Shown: one piece after another, positions 20,112 through 29,989 of the stretch
Numbering within the stretch: the first letter of the stretch is position 1
Layout of the letters: the number at the start of each line of letters is the position of its first letter
NCBI GenBank assembly: GCA_050187625.1
Contig: JBFWXH010000027.1
Location: 4,828-68,827, forward strand
Length of the DNA stretch: 64,000 nt
Direction: 5' to 3'
Source: Candidatus Binatia bacterium
Lineage (GTDB): Bacteria; Desulfobacterota; Binatia; Bin18
The notes under the pieces: model-generated
The model's input: the letters and a program-made list of their open reading frames with translations, nothing else
Database searches by the model: none
What the model was told of the DNA's origin: nothing
Position numbers and translations under genes: made by a program

Positions 20112-20753
20112 GTGCAAGACTGGCACGAATACACGAAACTGCTGACCACACTGCTCGTTATTGTCGACCCACTCGCAGCAATTCCACTTTTCCTCAGCTT
20201 GACCAGTGAGCAATCGGCGGCGGAAAGAAATCAGAGTGCCCAGGTGACCGCGAGTACTGTAGCGGTAGTCCTGGTCGTCGCCATCATGGTGGGCGAACCG
20301 CTGCTGAGGTTCTTGGGGATCAGTCTGGCCTCGTTTCGGGTTGGCGGTGGCATTCTTCTTCTGCTTATGGCGATCGCGATGCTCCAGGCGCAGCACAGCC
20401 GCATTCAGCAGGCTCCCGAAGAAACACGAGAAGCCGAAGAGAAAGAAAGTGTGGCGGTCGTTCCGTTAGCCATTCCGTTGCTGGCTGGCCCCGGTGCTAT
20501 TAGTACGGTCATCATTTACTCACACAGAGCAACAACCTGGTTTGATACTGTCTTGCTTATGCTGGCAAGCCTGGTTGTAGCGGGAACTGTGTGGATTGCG
20601 TTGCGGTTGGCCAGCGTGATTGGTGCGGCGTTGGGCAAAACCGGTATCAACATTATCACTCGGCTCATGGGGCTGATGCTGGCCGCCGTCGCTGTAGAAT
20701 TCATTGCCGCAGGGGCGAGTCAATTGCTCCCGGGGCTGGCTGCCGGAAAATAA
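20112..20753 (+). CDS. MarC-family integral membrane protein
   Basis: Motifs FRVGGGILL, VPLAIPLLAGPGAISTVI and RLMGLMLAAVAVEFI. GTG start inferred. Confidence 0.9.
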   Translation: MQDWHEYTKLLTTLLVIVDPLAAIPLFLSLTSEQSAAERNQSAQVTASTVAVVLVVAIMVGEPLLRFLGISLASFRVGGGILLLLMAIAMLQAQHSRIQQAPEETREAEEKESVAVVPLAIPLLAGPGAISTVIIYSHRATTWFDTVLLMLASLVVAGTVWIALRLASVIGAALGKTGINIITRLMGLMLAAVAVEFIAAGASQLLPGLAAGK

Positions 20754-21167
20754 CCCCCGAGTGGCTTGCCAGTTCTCCATCCAGGCGATCCGTACGGCGC
20801 ACCGCTCGCCTTCGAGGGGGAGCATTGCAAGAATAACGGCCACGCCAGGAATGCAGGGAACTTTTTCGCGCGCGGGCCTCCGACACGTGAGACGATGAAC
20901 TCCACCGCTGCTTCGCGGAGTCGGTTTCCTTGGCGAAGCTGAGTTCATCGACATTGACCGCGCCACTGCCGATGCGAGCCACACCACTAACATTGCTCAT
21001 CTTTTCCCAAAATTCTCCTCTCATCATGACCCAGAGGAACTGCGGCAACCTCTCCATCTGGATGCGCGTCACCACCTCGAACGGCCCGTCGAGAGTGCCA
21101 AGACCTCCCAGCGTACGCACAAAAAAACGCCGAGAGCGCCGTGGCAATCAGTGGACTTTCGCGGCGC

Positions 21168-22667
21168 TCATCCGGGTGCCCTCTTTTCTGTCCTTGCAGA
21201 GTCCCGCCCAACCTTTTCTCGCTGATCTTTCCGGCGACGCAGAATGTAGCCCTTGTAAAGAAGCGCGACGGCAATCCACGTAGAAACCAGGGAGAATGGA
21301 TACGCGAGCAGATACGGGAAGAATGCGGAGAGCATCGCGAATGTCAGGAGGAATGCACCGACCGTTGTCATCAGACGTGCTTCAACGGGCTCGAGCACAC
21401 GCCGGTTCGTGAACGCCGCGCCGACGGCGTTGCCGATGCGCATCGCCCCGGCCGCCGCACGCCCGACGCTTCCTCCACCGCTTGTGAATACCAGGTGCGG
21501 ATGACGCGGCCGATTCGGCGCATATACTTTGTGCCGTACATCTAAGACAATCTCCGTCGCATTCTCCAAGTCTTGGACATACATCTCTTCCATCAGACGC
21601 GCAAACGGTTCGTCTTCAACCACGACGTCCAACTCGCAGTTCCCCAGCCAACTCGCAATGTTGAGATTTGTCGACCCAACGCGCGCCCAATGAGAGTCGG
21701 CGACGGCGGTCTTCGCGTGCAGCATTGTTCCATTCCATTCGAACACGCGCACCCCAGCTTCCAATAAAGGACGATAGCCCGATCGCGACAACGGGGTAAG
21801 GATGGGAATATCCGTGCCATTAGGGACTAGCAATCGCACATCAACCCCATCCTTCGCCGCCGCACACAAGCCTTGCACGTAGGTGGTCGTCCCTGCATAG
21901 TACGCATCCGTTAACCACAAGCGGTGCCGCGCCAGGGCGGCGACGAGTTGATCTAAACGGAAGATCCCTGCCGTTGCGGGAACGCTCGCCACGACGCGCA
22001 AGCTCATCACGCCAGCCGGCGCGAGTGCGTTCCTGTTGAGGAGTTCCTGTTCGGGAAGTGGCTCGCCTATCATCGCCCAGACTTGCGCGAATGCGTGTTC
22101 AATATCTGCCACGGCGGGTCCGCGGACTTCGACGCCGGTATCGCGCCACGCATCGACCTGCTTTTCCGGCATGCCCACCCACATCCGCCCGATGCACAAG
22201 CCCGTGACAAAACCGACCTGACCATCCACTGCCAGCATTTTGCGATGGTCGCGCGAGAGCCACCCAAACGGAGAATCGAGACGCGGCGGGTTATAGCATC
22301 GCACTTCAACGCCACCCGTACGCAAATAATTCCAGAACGTGCGCGACGTTTTGCCGAAGCCGCCCATCCAGTCGTAGATCAGACGCACGCGTACACCCTC
22401 CCGCGCTTTGGCGACAAGCGCATCCGCAAACATCCATCCAGTATCATCTTCGTGAATAATGTAGCTCTCGAAGTGAATGTGGCGTTTCGCCGCACCGATA
22501 GCGTCAAGCCAGGCCGGGTAATTTTCCTGTGCGTCTTTGAGCGGACGGACATTGTTGCCGTCGATCAACGGCGCCCCAGCAGCGCGCGAAAATGCTTGGT
22601 GAGCAAGAGCACGCATAGGCGCCATGGCGTCGCGCTCCCGGTCGGAAAATTGTACAGCGGCGCTCAT
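21168..22667 (-). CDS. cls: Cardiolipin synthase / phospholipase D family
   Basis: Two HKD motifs: [11 protein letters not shown] and [15 protein letters not shown]. Confidence 0.88.
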   Translation of the reverse strand: MSAAVQFSDRERDAMAPMRALAHQAFSRAAGAPLIDGNNVRPLKDAQENYPAWLDAIGAAKRHIHFESYIIHEDDTGWMFADALVAKAREGVRVRLIYDWMGGFGKTSRTFWNYLRTGGVEVRCYNPPRLDSPFGWLSRDHRKMLAVDGQVGFVTGLCIGRMWVGMPEKQVDAWRDTGVEVRGPAVADIEHAFAQVWAMIGEPLPEQELLNRNALAPAGVMSLRVVASVPATAGIFRLDQLVAALARHRLWLTDAYYAGTTTYVQGLCAAAKDGVDVRLLVPNGTDIPILTPLSRSGYRPLLEAGVRVFEWNGTMLHAKTAVADSHWARVGSTNLNIASWLGNCELDVVVEDEPFARLMEEMYVQDLENATEIVLDVRHKVYAPNRPRHPHLVFTSGGGSVGRAAAGAMRIGNAVGAAFTNRRVLEPVEARLMTTVGAFLLTFAMLSAFFPYLLAYPFSLVSTWIAVALLYKGYILRRRKDQREKVGRDSARTEKRAPG

Positions 22668-22961
22668 TGTTTCGGTCTCCCTTCGGTGAAGAGGCACAAA
22701 AGCCACTCCTCAGTGTACCCGACCCTTCGCCGTCTCGTAACACCACGCCTACTCACTTCTCGACTCCTCGCTCCTGGCAAAAGTGCACAGTGTCCAAATG
22801 AAAACAGCACTCCCCGTCACGCAGCCTGGATTGTCAGGCTGTTTTCCGTCTACTATTGATTGCATAACGAGACGAAAACTCTCATAGTGACGACAGCGAT
22901 TTCCTTATGCTGTTTCATCACTATGAAGGCGCTGTGGGGGAAACGGAGAGAGAAAACGACG

Positions 22962-23213
22962 ATGATACGGATCATGTATCGGTGGAAAGTGAACCCAGGA
23001 CAGGAGGAGGTGTTTACGGCGGCCTGGACCCACGGCACAAAAATTATTCGCGCCACCGTGAAAGGAGCGCGGGGCAGTTTGTTGCTCCAGAGCCACACAG
23101 ATCCCTGTATATTTGTGGCCACCGCGCGCTGGGCCAGTATCGAAGACTGGCGAACGTTTTTACAGAGGCGCCACTGTACAAGGACAGAAGAGAGATCATT
23201 CGTCCGTCGCTGA
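22962..23213 (+). CDS. ABM (antibiotic-biosynthesis-monooxygenase-like) domain protein, possibly C-terminally truncated
   Basis: IMYRWKVNPGQEEVF..AW...GARGSLL...ARWASIEDW fits the ABM pattern; GGAG RBS; only 83 aa. Confidence 0.6.
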   Translation: MIRIMYRWKVNPGQEEVFTAAWTHGTKIIRATVKGARGSLLLQSHTDPCIFVATARWASIEDWRTFLQRRHCTRTEERSFVRR

Positions 23214-23763
23214 TCTTTGCAGTCGAGCATGCTTCTGCGGCAAAATGCAACACTTTCTATGACCAGCTGCCACAAGTGTTTTGTCAACACCTGTGGAAAA
23301 TTTCTACAGTCGAATTTCATTTTGTGGCAAAATGCAACATTTTCTCCAACCCTTCCAATAACAACAACTGTTGTATCAAAGCACGAAGGAAGCAAGCGAA
23401 TTCTTGTCGCTCACGTCCACTGGATTAAGAATCTTGTGAAATGGGTGGACCATGGCCATTCCCGTCTTTTTGGCAAACCGTGGCCGCCCGGCATGGAGGA
23501 CGCATCTGATTCAGCAAGGAGTATCGGGGACATCGCCAGCAACCAGGCAGCTGCAACGATCTTCAGAACACCGCTTCTTGTGGGGCAACGTCAGATTCAT
23601 CCACACTGAGTACACCCCACGTCCCCTGCCTAATGCGCTGGTGCGCCTTATACGCCAACTCGGGCTCTGACGGGATACCTTGCCGGGCATGCAAAATCAA
23701 GCCACGATCCGTTTGCACTCACCCCGGCCGTAAGCGGAGTCTTCGCAGGGAGCAGTGATTAAC

Positions 23764-24456
23764 TTACAGCTCTGGTGTGAGAGATGGAGACTGGGACGGA
23801 GCCGAGGTCGTCTGGCGAGCAGGCACGAAGTCTTTGCCAACGATGCCCGAGGACATGATGAACGTAAAAGCTTCTTCAACACTATAGTCCACATCGACGA
23901 CATCTTCAGGCGAGACCAGGACCAAAAACCCTGACGTAGGATTGGGGGTAGTCGGAATGAAAACCGCCAAGACTGTGTCTGTGGCGGCAAGGTGCAAGGT
24001 ATCGCTCCGTTCCGCCGCTACAAAGCCAATCATCCAGAGGCCTTTGCTGGGATACTGCACGAGCACAACCCGCTGAAAGCTGCCACCTGGAGTCTGGAAG
24101 GTGTCCACCATCCGCTTCACTGAACCGTAAATCGTTTTTACCAGCGGCAGCCGCAGCAGGAGGGTCTCGAAGGCGCCGATGAGTCGACGACCAAGAATGT
24201 TGGTACCGACGAGACCAAGCACGAAAATGACTGTGAACGAGAGAACCAAGTTGACGACCGGACCTAAGGATTCAATCCAAATCGAATGATTGGGGCCGAT
24301 CAGCCGAGCCAGTCCACTCACGAGCGGAGCCCCAGCACTGGCGAAGAGATTAAACAGGAAGGCCACCAGGAGATACGTAACGAACAGCGGGAGCAGGATA
24401 AGTAACCCGGTCAGGAAAGTCCGACGGACAAAATGAGGGTTGGCCGTAGCCGACAT
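23764..24456 (-). CDS. DUF502-family membrane protein
   Basis: Motifs FLTGLLILLP, RLPLVKTIY and VFIPTTPNPTSGFL. Confidence 0.88.
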   Translation of the reverse strand: MSATANPHFVRRTFLTGLLILLPLFVTYLLVAFLFNLFASAGAPLVSGLARLIGPNHSIWIESLGPVVNLVLSFTVIFVLGLVGTNILGRRLIGAFETLLLRLPLVKTIYGSVKRMVDTFQTPGGSFQRVVLVQYPSKGLWMIGFVAAERSDTLHLAATDTVLAVFIPTTPNPTSGFLVLVSPEDVVDVDYSVEEAFTFIMSSGIVGKDFVPARQTTSAPSQSPSLTPEL

Positions 24457-24684
24457 AGAGCACACCTCCAGGTGATGACAGCAGGGTTGAGCGGGTAACA
24501 AATTTACAAGCCATTGGCGAGGGTGGTACGGATGACACGTTGCTCGTGCACATCATATCTCTACGAGTCCCATTCTTGCCCTTCCTTGTCAAAGCTCGGG
24601 GTGATGAGAGAAAGTGCAGGTGTATCCATGGCCCCATACCGTCGGGAAGTATTTGTTTCTTGACCGCTGCCACAGAGGCCGCAG

Positions 24685-26055
24685 TTATTCTTCAGCTGCT
24701 TCATTCAAGCCGAGTTTCCGATACAGTGTCTTCCGGTCGATCCCGAGAATCCGGGCCGCTCGCGTCTTGTTTCCCTGGGTAACAGCAAGCACCTGCTGAA
24801 TATAGGACCGTTCCACCTCCGTAAGGGGCAACTCCTGGAGGGCAACAGCAGCTAACAGATCTTCGTTCGCTGGAAGACGGGGCGCGAGAGAGAAGTCTTC
24901 GAGTAGCAGCGTATCGTGATCGGTCAGGGCCACCGCGCGTTCGATCCGATTGGCCAATTCACGGACATTACCAGGCCAGGCAAAAGACAAGAGCCATCGT
25001 CGCGCCTCGGCAGTGATACCGACAACTGACTGCCCAAGTTTAGCACTAGCCCGTTGCACGAAAAGATCCACCAAGGGCTCGATGTCATCCAATCGTTCCC
25101 TGAGTGGAGGGATCTCTAGGGTAATCACATTCAAGCGGTGATACAGATCGGAGCGAAAGCGGCGATCACGCAACGCTTCTTCGAGCGAATGATTCGTCGC
25201 GGCAATCACGCGCACGTTGACTTTGACTTCACTACTGGCCCCAACCGCACGGACCGCACCCGTTTCTAGCACGTGAAGCAGCTTCGGCTGGGTTTCTATC
25301 GGCATTTCTGCAATCTCATCGAGAAAAAGTGTCCCGCCACTCGCTTGCACAAAGAGCCCCGCCCGGTCGCTCCGCGCATCAGTGTACGCACCTCTGCGCA
25401 CCCCAAAGAGTTCACTCTCCACGAGTGCGGCCGGTAGTGCGGCACAGTTCACCTGGACGAAGGAGTTTTTCGCCCGTGGACTTTGATCGTGAATAAAACG
25501 GGCCACCGCGCCTTTGCCCACACCGCTTTCCCCTGTCAACAGGACGGTTGAATCCGTCAGCGCCGCGCGTCGTGCAATATCCACGACTTGTCGCATGCTC
25601 GGGCTCCGGGCAATCAGCCCATTTGCTTCGCCACTCATCGTGCTGCCGCGCAAGCGGACAATTTCCCGACGCATCTGCCGTTCGCGAAAGGCACGTTCAA
25701 CCGCAAGAAACAAGGCCTCAATCGGAAAGGGTTTCGTGACGAAATCACACGCCCCTGCGCGAACAGCTTGCACGGCTGACTCAATGCTCCCAAAAGCGGT
25801 AATCAGTAAAACGAGTTGGGGAGGTTTCCTCGCATGAATCTCCTTCATCAAATCGATCCCGCGCATGCCAGGCATCTCAACATCCGCAATGACAAGGTCG
25901 TAGTCGCTTGACTCCAGATACGTAAGCGCTTCCTCAGGGGAGGTCACACCACGTGTTACAAACCCTTCCTCATTCAACATTTCCACAAGATAGTCCACAA
26001 CACTTGCATCATCGTCCACAACCAAAATGTATTTGGACGCGGGTGTAGACATCAT
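24685..26055 (-). CDS. Sigma54-dependent (NtrC/AtoC-family) response regulator
   Basis: Receiver domain; GESGVGK; ESELFG..GAYTDA; LFLDEI; WPGNVREL; Fis-type HTH GNKTRAARILGI. Confidence 0.93.
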   Translation of the reverse strand: MMSTPASKYILVVDDDASVVDYLVEMLNEEGFVTRGVTSPEEALTYLESSDYDLVIADVEMPGMRGIDLMKEIHARKPPQLVLLITAFGSIESAVQAVRAGACDFVTKPFPIEALFLAVERAFRERQMRREIVRLRGSTMSGEANGLIARSPSMRQVVDIARRAALTDSTVLLTGESGVGKGAVARFIHDQSPRAKNSFVQVNCAALPAALVESELFGVRRGAYTDARSDRAGLFVQASGGTLFLDEIAEMPIETQPKLLHVLETGAVRAVGASSEVKVNVRVIAATNHSLEEALRDRRFRSDLYHRLNVITLEIPPLRERLDDIEPLVDLFVQRASAKLGQSVVGITAEARRWLLSFAWPGNVRELANRIERAVALTDHDTLLLEDFSLAPRLPANEDLLAAVALQELPLTEVERSYIQQVLAVTQGNKTRAARILGIDRKTLYRKLGLNEAAEE

Positions 26056-27584
26056 GAAGCCTCCTGTTGAGCAGTGGGTTTGTACACCGGTAGCTCCACA
26101 CAAAATCGGCTGCCGAGCCCAGGCTCTGATTCCACGGTAATCACGCCACCATGATCTGTGACCAAAGATTTGACGACAGCCAATCCTAAGCCGGTCCCTC
26201 CTTCTGTTGCTCGGGTGGTAAAGAACGGTTCAAAGACCCGCTCCCGTACGTCGGCGGCAATACCAGAACCCGTATCCTCCACCACTAACCGCACAGCGGG
26301 CGTTTCGCATCCGCCATTACGAGGAGTCAATTGACTGTTTTCAATACTTACCAACACCTTCCCACCCTTTGGGGTAGCAGCAAGGGCATTAGCAATCAAG
26401 TTGAGGAGAATCTGTTGAATTTCGTCCGTATCAACCCACATAGGCGGTAAGTGCGCTGTGCCGGAGAAGGCTAAAGTCACACCGCACCGGTGGGCTTCGT
26501 ATTGCATTAACTCCAACACATTATCGATCGCTGAACGCACATCACTTCTAGCGATCTGCGCTGGCCGGCGACGGGTCAGGCGTAAGAGTTTTTCCACGAT
26601 TCGCGTGATCCGGTCAGTTTGCGCTACGAGAATCTCTGCAATACGTTGCACCTCGCCTGCGGCGTGCGCACGGGTCAGCAGTGTCCGCGCGCGCCCTCTG
26701 AGCACCTGGAGCGGCGACCCGATTTCGTGCGCTAGCCCGGCGGACAATTGTCCAATGGTAATTAATTTGTCCGCATCTTGGAGTGCTCGTTGTAAACGCC
26801 GTCGTGATTCAGCTTCTTCTTCGAGACGACGCCGCGCGTCGCGGAGATCCGCCACCATAGCGTTAAATTCAGCGGCAACAGCACTGATCTCATCCCGACG
26901 GTCATCAGGAAGTGCGGACATCAGATTTCCTGCGCGCACCTCTTTCATAGCTTCAGCCATCCTCCCCAAGGGAAGATTGATATAGGTGATACCTGCAATA
27001 AGCCCGAGTACGGTGGTCGTCACAACGAACACCATCACCGTAATAAGGATGGTCCGCTGCAGGTCACGTTGAGCACGCTGCAGGTCATGCAACGGACGGA
27101 CAAGGAGCATCCCCCCCAGAAGAGCACGATGATCATCACTGAGCGGCAACGCCAGAATAGCCTGTTCGACATCTCCTATCGAATGGAAAGTAAACACTTC
27201 TTGGCCCAATTGCATGGCGGTTTCTCGGGCACGCTGCAAGCGAGGATCAAGCGGCTGGCTCCCGCGGACGGCATTAATCGACCGACCGGCCTGGTCGTAG
27301 ATCAAAATTGTAATCGACGGGTCAGCCCGCTCCAGATACCTGATCGTCTCTTCGATATCGGCCACTTGTCGATCGCGGAGGGCATTTTCCACCGCTGCCT
27401 GAAGGCTACGCCCCAAAAGCATGGTTTCTTGCTCAACCTTCCTTAATAAAGCATTCCGTTCAATGTGCAGCTCATAGACCCCATACGCACCAAAGATAAA
27501 GAATCCCCCAGCGACCAAGACCATACTGAGTTTAAGCGAAATACGGGAGAAGCGGATCTGTTGTTTTCGCTGCCTCGTACTCAT
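26052..27584 (-). CDS. Membrane sensor histidine kinase (HAMP), cognate to the sigma54 regulator
   Basis: Two TM segments, HAMP, H-box LAHEIGSPL, N/G1/F/G2 boxes; ATGA overlap with the regulator. Confidence 0.93.
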   Translation of the reverse strand: MSTRQRKQQIRFSRISLKLSMVLVAGGFFIFGAYGVYELHIERNALLRKVEQETMLLGRSLQAAVENALRDRQVADIEETIRYLERADPSITILIYDQAGRSINAVRGSQPLDPRLQRARETAMQLGQEVFTFHSIGDVEQAILALPLSDDHRALLGGMLLVRPLHDLQRAQRDLQRTILITVMVFVVTTTVLGLIAGITYINLPLGRMAEAMKEVRAGNLMSALPDDRRDEISAVAAEFNAMVADLRDARRRLEEEAESRRRLQRALQDADKLITIGQLSAGLAHEIGSPLQVLRGRARTLLTRAHAAGEVQRIAEILVAQTDRITRIVEKLLRLTRRRPAQIARSDVRSAIDNVLELMQYEAHRCGVTLAFSGTAHLPPMWVDTDEIQQILLNLIANALAATPKGGKVLVSIENSQLTPRNGGCETPAVRLVVEDTGSGIAADVRERVFEPFFTTRATEGGTGLGLAVVKSLVTDHGGVITVESEPGLGSRFCVELPVYKPTAQQEAS

Positions 27585-27701
27585 GCCACAATGTCCCTCT
27601 TTGTTCCGGCCCTACGACGATGTACAACCGACATCAAAAATTAAGACTGCCATAAGGAGAAACGATTATCGTCAAAGAAAGTGTGGCAGAGTTCCCCACC
27701 A

Positions 27702-28271
27702 TTAACCACGTCGGAGTTTCTGATGTTTACGCATTGGGGGTGTTTTTTCTCCCATATACCCTAGCTGAGAGGGCAGGGGGGCAGAGAGAATTTGACGACA
27801 TACCTTAGCCGCAAAGGCGTCGCAATTTGGTACTGTCTTTAGGTGGACGAGAAGCCCACTGCGAATATAGTCTGGATCAAGGTCAAGCAGTTCGCAAATG
27901 CGTGCAAAGGCAAATAACCAGCTTCGTTCCTCCGAATAAAACCAGGCACATGTCTCTGCAAAAATGCGTCGTTCACGACGCGTACGCCCCTCACAGCAAC
28001 GAAACCAGCAGACCACCGCGTCTTGCAGGACAGCAAATAAGAGTCGTTGTTCCCCACGCCAGAACGCATGCGAGTCGCGCGGCGGTGTAAAAAATTGCGA
28101 CGGCAGAAGGACAGCAGAACCATACTCATCGTCCTCATATGCTGCGGGCCAGTACAGGCGTCGCCCCCGTTGAGGAGGGTCACGTCGCCTTGTGAGAAGA
28201 GTGAGGAGTTGCGTGCGTGGAATCCGTACCTGTTTTTGATAACGAAGAGTTGTCGGATCGTGCGTAGCCAT
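27702..28271 (-). CDS. Hypothetical protein (LLPSQFF..GEQRLLFAVLQDA..ICELLDLDPDYIR family)
   Basis: The core motifs resemble an uncharacterised family I recall from Binatia-like genomes. The start is uncertain. Confidence 0.65.
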   Translation of the reverse strand: MATHDPTTLRYQKQVRIPRTQLLTLLTRRRDPPQRGRRLYWPAAYEDDEYGSAVLLPSQFFTPPRDSHAFWRGEQRLLFAVLQDAVVCWFRCCEGRTRRERRIFAETCAWFYSEERSWLFAFARICELLDLDPDYIRSGLLVHLKTVPNCDAFAAKVCRQILSAPLPSQLGYMGEKTPPMRKHQKLRRG

Positions 28272-28364
28272 GACCAGTGAAGATGTGCAATTCGTAGGCC
28301 AAAGGCGCGGAAAAGATGCTCTCCAAAGAAGATAGGGAATAGAGAAATAGCAGCACGCTCTGCG

Positions 28365-29675
28365 CTATCCCTTCGTATTCCGCACAGGTGCAACGAGAAC
28401 TTTGTCCACACGTTGGAGATCCATATCAACCACTTCGAAGCGAAATCCTCCCCACTCAAAATATTGACCGGCAGCAGGAATATGCTCCATATACATCATC
28501 AGGAAGCCGCCCAAGGTCTGATAGTAGCCACGCTCTTCGCCCGGTAATTTTTCCAGGTGAAAAATCTCTTTCAGTTTTTCCACGGGTAACATACCGTCGA
28601 GCAACCACGAGCCATCCTCACGTTGCCAGGCTTGAGGGTCAGAAAACTCACCGATCTCGGGCAGGTTCCCAACCAACGCGGCAAGCACGTCATTCAAAGT
28701 CACAACCCCGGTAATGATGCCATATTCGTCCACCACCAACGCCATCGGCAGATGTGTCCGCTTGAAAAGTTCCAACACCTTTGACGCCGGTATACTTTCT
28801 GGGATAAAGGGCGCGGGGCGAAGCGAGGCCTTGAGGTCCAATGGCTGACCAGCCAGACTGGCGATTAATAAATCTTTGGCTTGAATAATGCCAAGCGTAT
28901 TATCAAGACTGTCATCGCCAACCGGGAAGCGAGCATATGGATGTTCGGCCGTTTTGCGCCGTATTTCTTCAAGAGAATCGTTGATCTCTAACCAGATGAT
29001 ATCCTTCCGCGGCGTCATCAACATATTCACCCGCTGATCGTGCAGTCGAAACACGCGAGCGACCATATCTCGCTCAGTCTCCTCAAACGTCCCCGCCTGG
29101 GTGCCTTGTGTAAGCAAGGTGTTAATCTCTTCTTCCGTGATAGACGGCTCGGTGGAAGGACGAGCACGTAGCAGAGTCAACACAAGGTCCGTAAAAAAAC
29201 TCAAAAACCTCACTGCCAGTGAAAAAATAGCAGATAAAACCCGCGCTGGCCCAGCAACAAACAAGACGAGCCGTTCGGCATTGAGCAATGCCAATTGCTT
29301 AGGCACCAGCTCACCAACAACCAGCGTCAGAAAGGTAATACCAACTACAACGAGGCCGAGACTCAGGGGTTCTCGATATGGAGCAATGACGGAAATCTGC
29401 CCTAGCCAGGCAGCGAACTCCTGAGCGACGGTTACCCCACCAAAGGCTCCAGCCAAGATACCGACGAGAGTAATCCCAATTTGCATGGTTAAAAGGAAAC
29501 GCGTGGGGGTCGTAGCTAATTCTAAGGCTTTTCGAGCTCTTGTATTGCCGTTGCTTGCCCATTGTTGCAATCGCGTTTTCCGCGCCGAAACAATCGCAAT
29601 CTCCGACAGGACAAAAAGCGCATGACAGACAATCAGAAGAATAATAACGAGAATGTCAACTGTCATTGCGGCCAT
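28365..29675 (-). CDS. HlyC/CorC (CNNM-CBS-CorC) family Mg2+/Co2+ transporter-associated protein
   Basis: Motifs SEIAIVSARK, QIGITLVG, GELVPKQLAL, MTPR, VVDEYG and TLGGF. Confidence 0.92.
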   Translation of the reverse strand: MAAMTVDILVIILLIVCHALFVLSEIAIVSARKTRLQQWASNGNTRARKALELATTPTRFLLTMQIGITLVGILAGAFGGVTVAQEFAAWLGQISVIAPYREPLSLGLVVVGITFLTLVVGELVPKQLALLNAERLVLFVAGPARVLSAIFSLAVRFLSFFTDLVLTLLRARPSTEPSITEEEINTLLTQGTQAGTFEETERDMVARVFRLHDQRVNMLMTPRKDIIWLEINDSLEEIRRKTAEHPYARFPVGDDSLDNTLGIIQAKDLLIASLAGQPLDLKASLRPAPFIPESIPASKVLELFKRTHLPMALVVDEYGIITGVVTLNDVLAALVGNLPEIGEFSDPQAWQREDGSWLLDGMLPVEKLKEIFHLEKLPGEERGYYQTLGGFLMMYMEHIPAAGQYFEWGGFRFEVVDMDLQRVDKVLVAPVRNTKG

Positions 29676-29989
29676 GTAAGAAGGCTCGCCGCACATTGAG
29701 GAAGAACGAATACACAGCAAGGAGATGGAATGTGATCGATCATCACTAACAAGGCAGCGTCCACTTCTTCTTCAGTTAAATTATCATGTGTTACATAAAG
29801 AGACGCCGGACAACCCGGGTACACCGTAACGATAACACGACTATCAGAAGAGTGTAGTATATATGGTGTCTTCCTGTCCCGGTCCGTGACGGGCGTGTTT
29901 CTCAGCTGAAGCGGTGACATGGCAATCTCCCTTTCTGTATGGTTCGTCGCTCATTGTTTCGCAAGACCCGTACCACCTCAGCGTCCGCT

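Noticed and set aside
22853-23697. Overlapping ORFs 22853-23395, 22907-23428 and 23217-23609
   Set aside because: They overlap each other, show no motifs, and run through AT-rich operator-like repeats. Only the ABM-like frame looks coding.
14303-28300. Integrative element or prophage with an att site at tRNA-Asn
   Set aside because: No integrase, no phage genes, and no convincing second copy of the tRNA 3' end were found.
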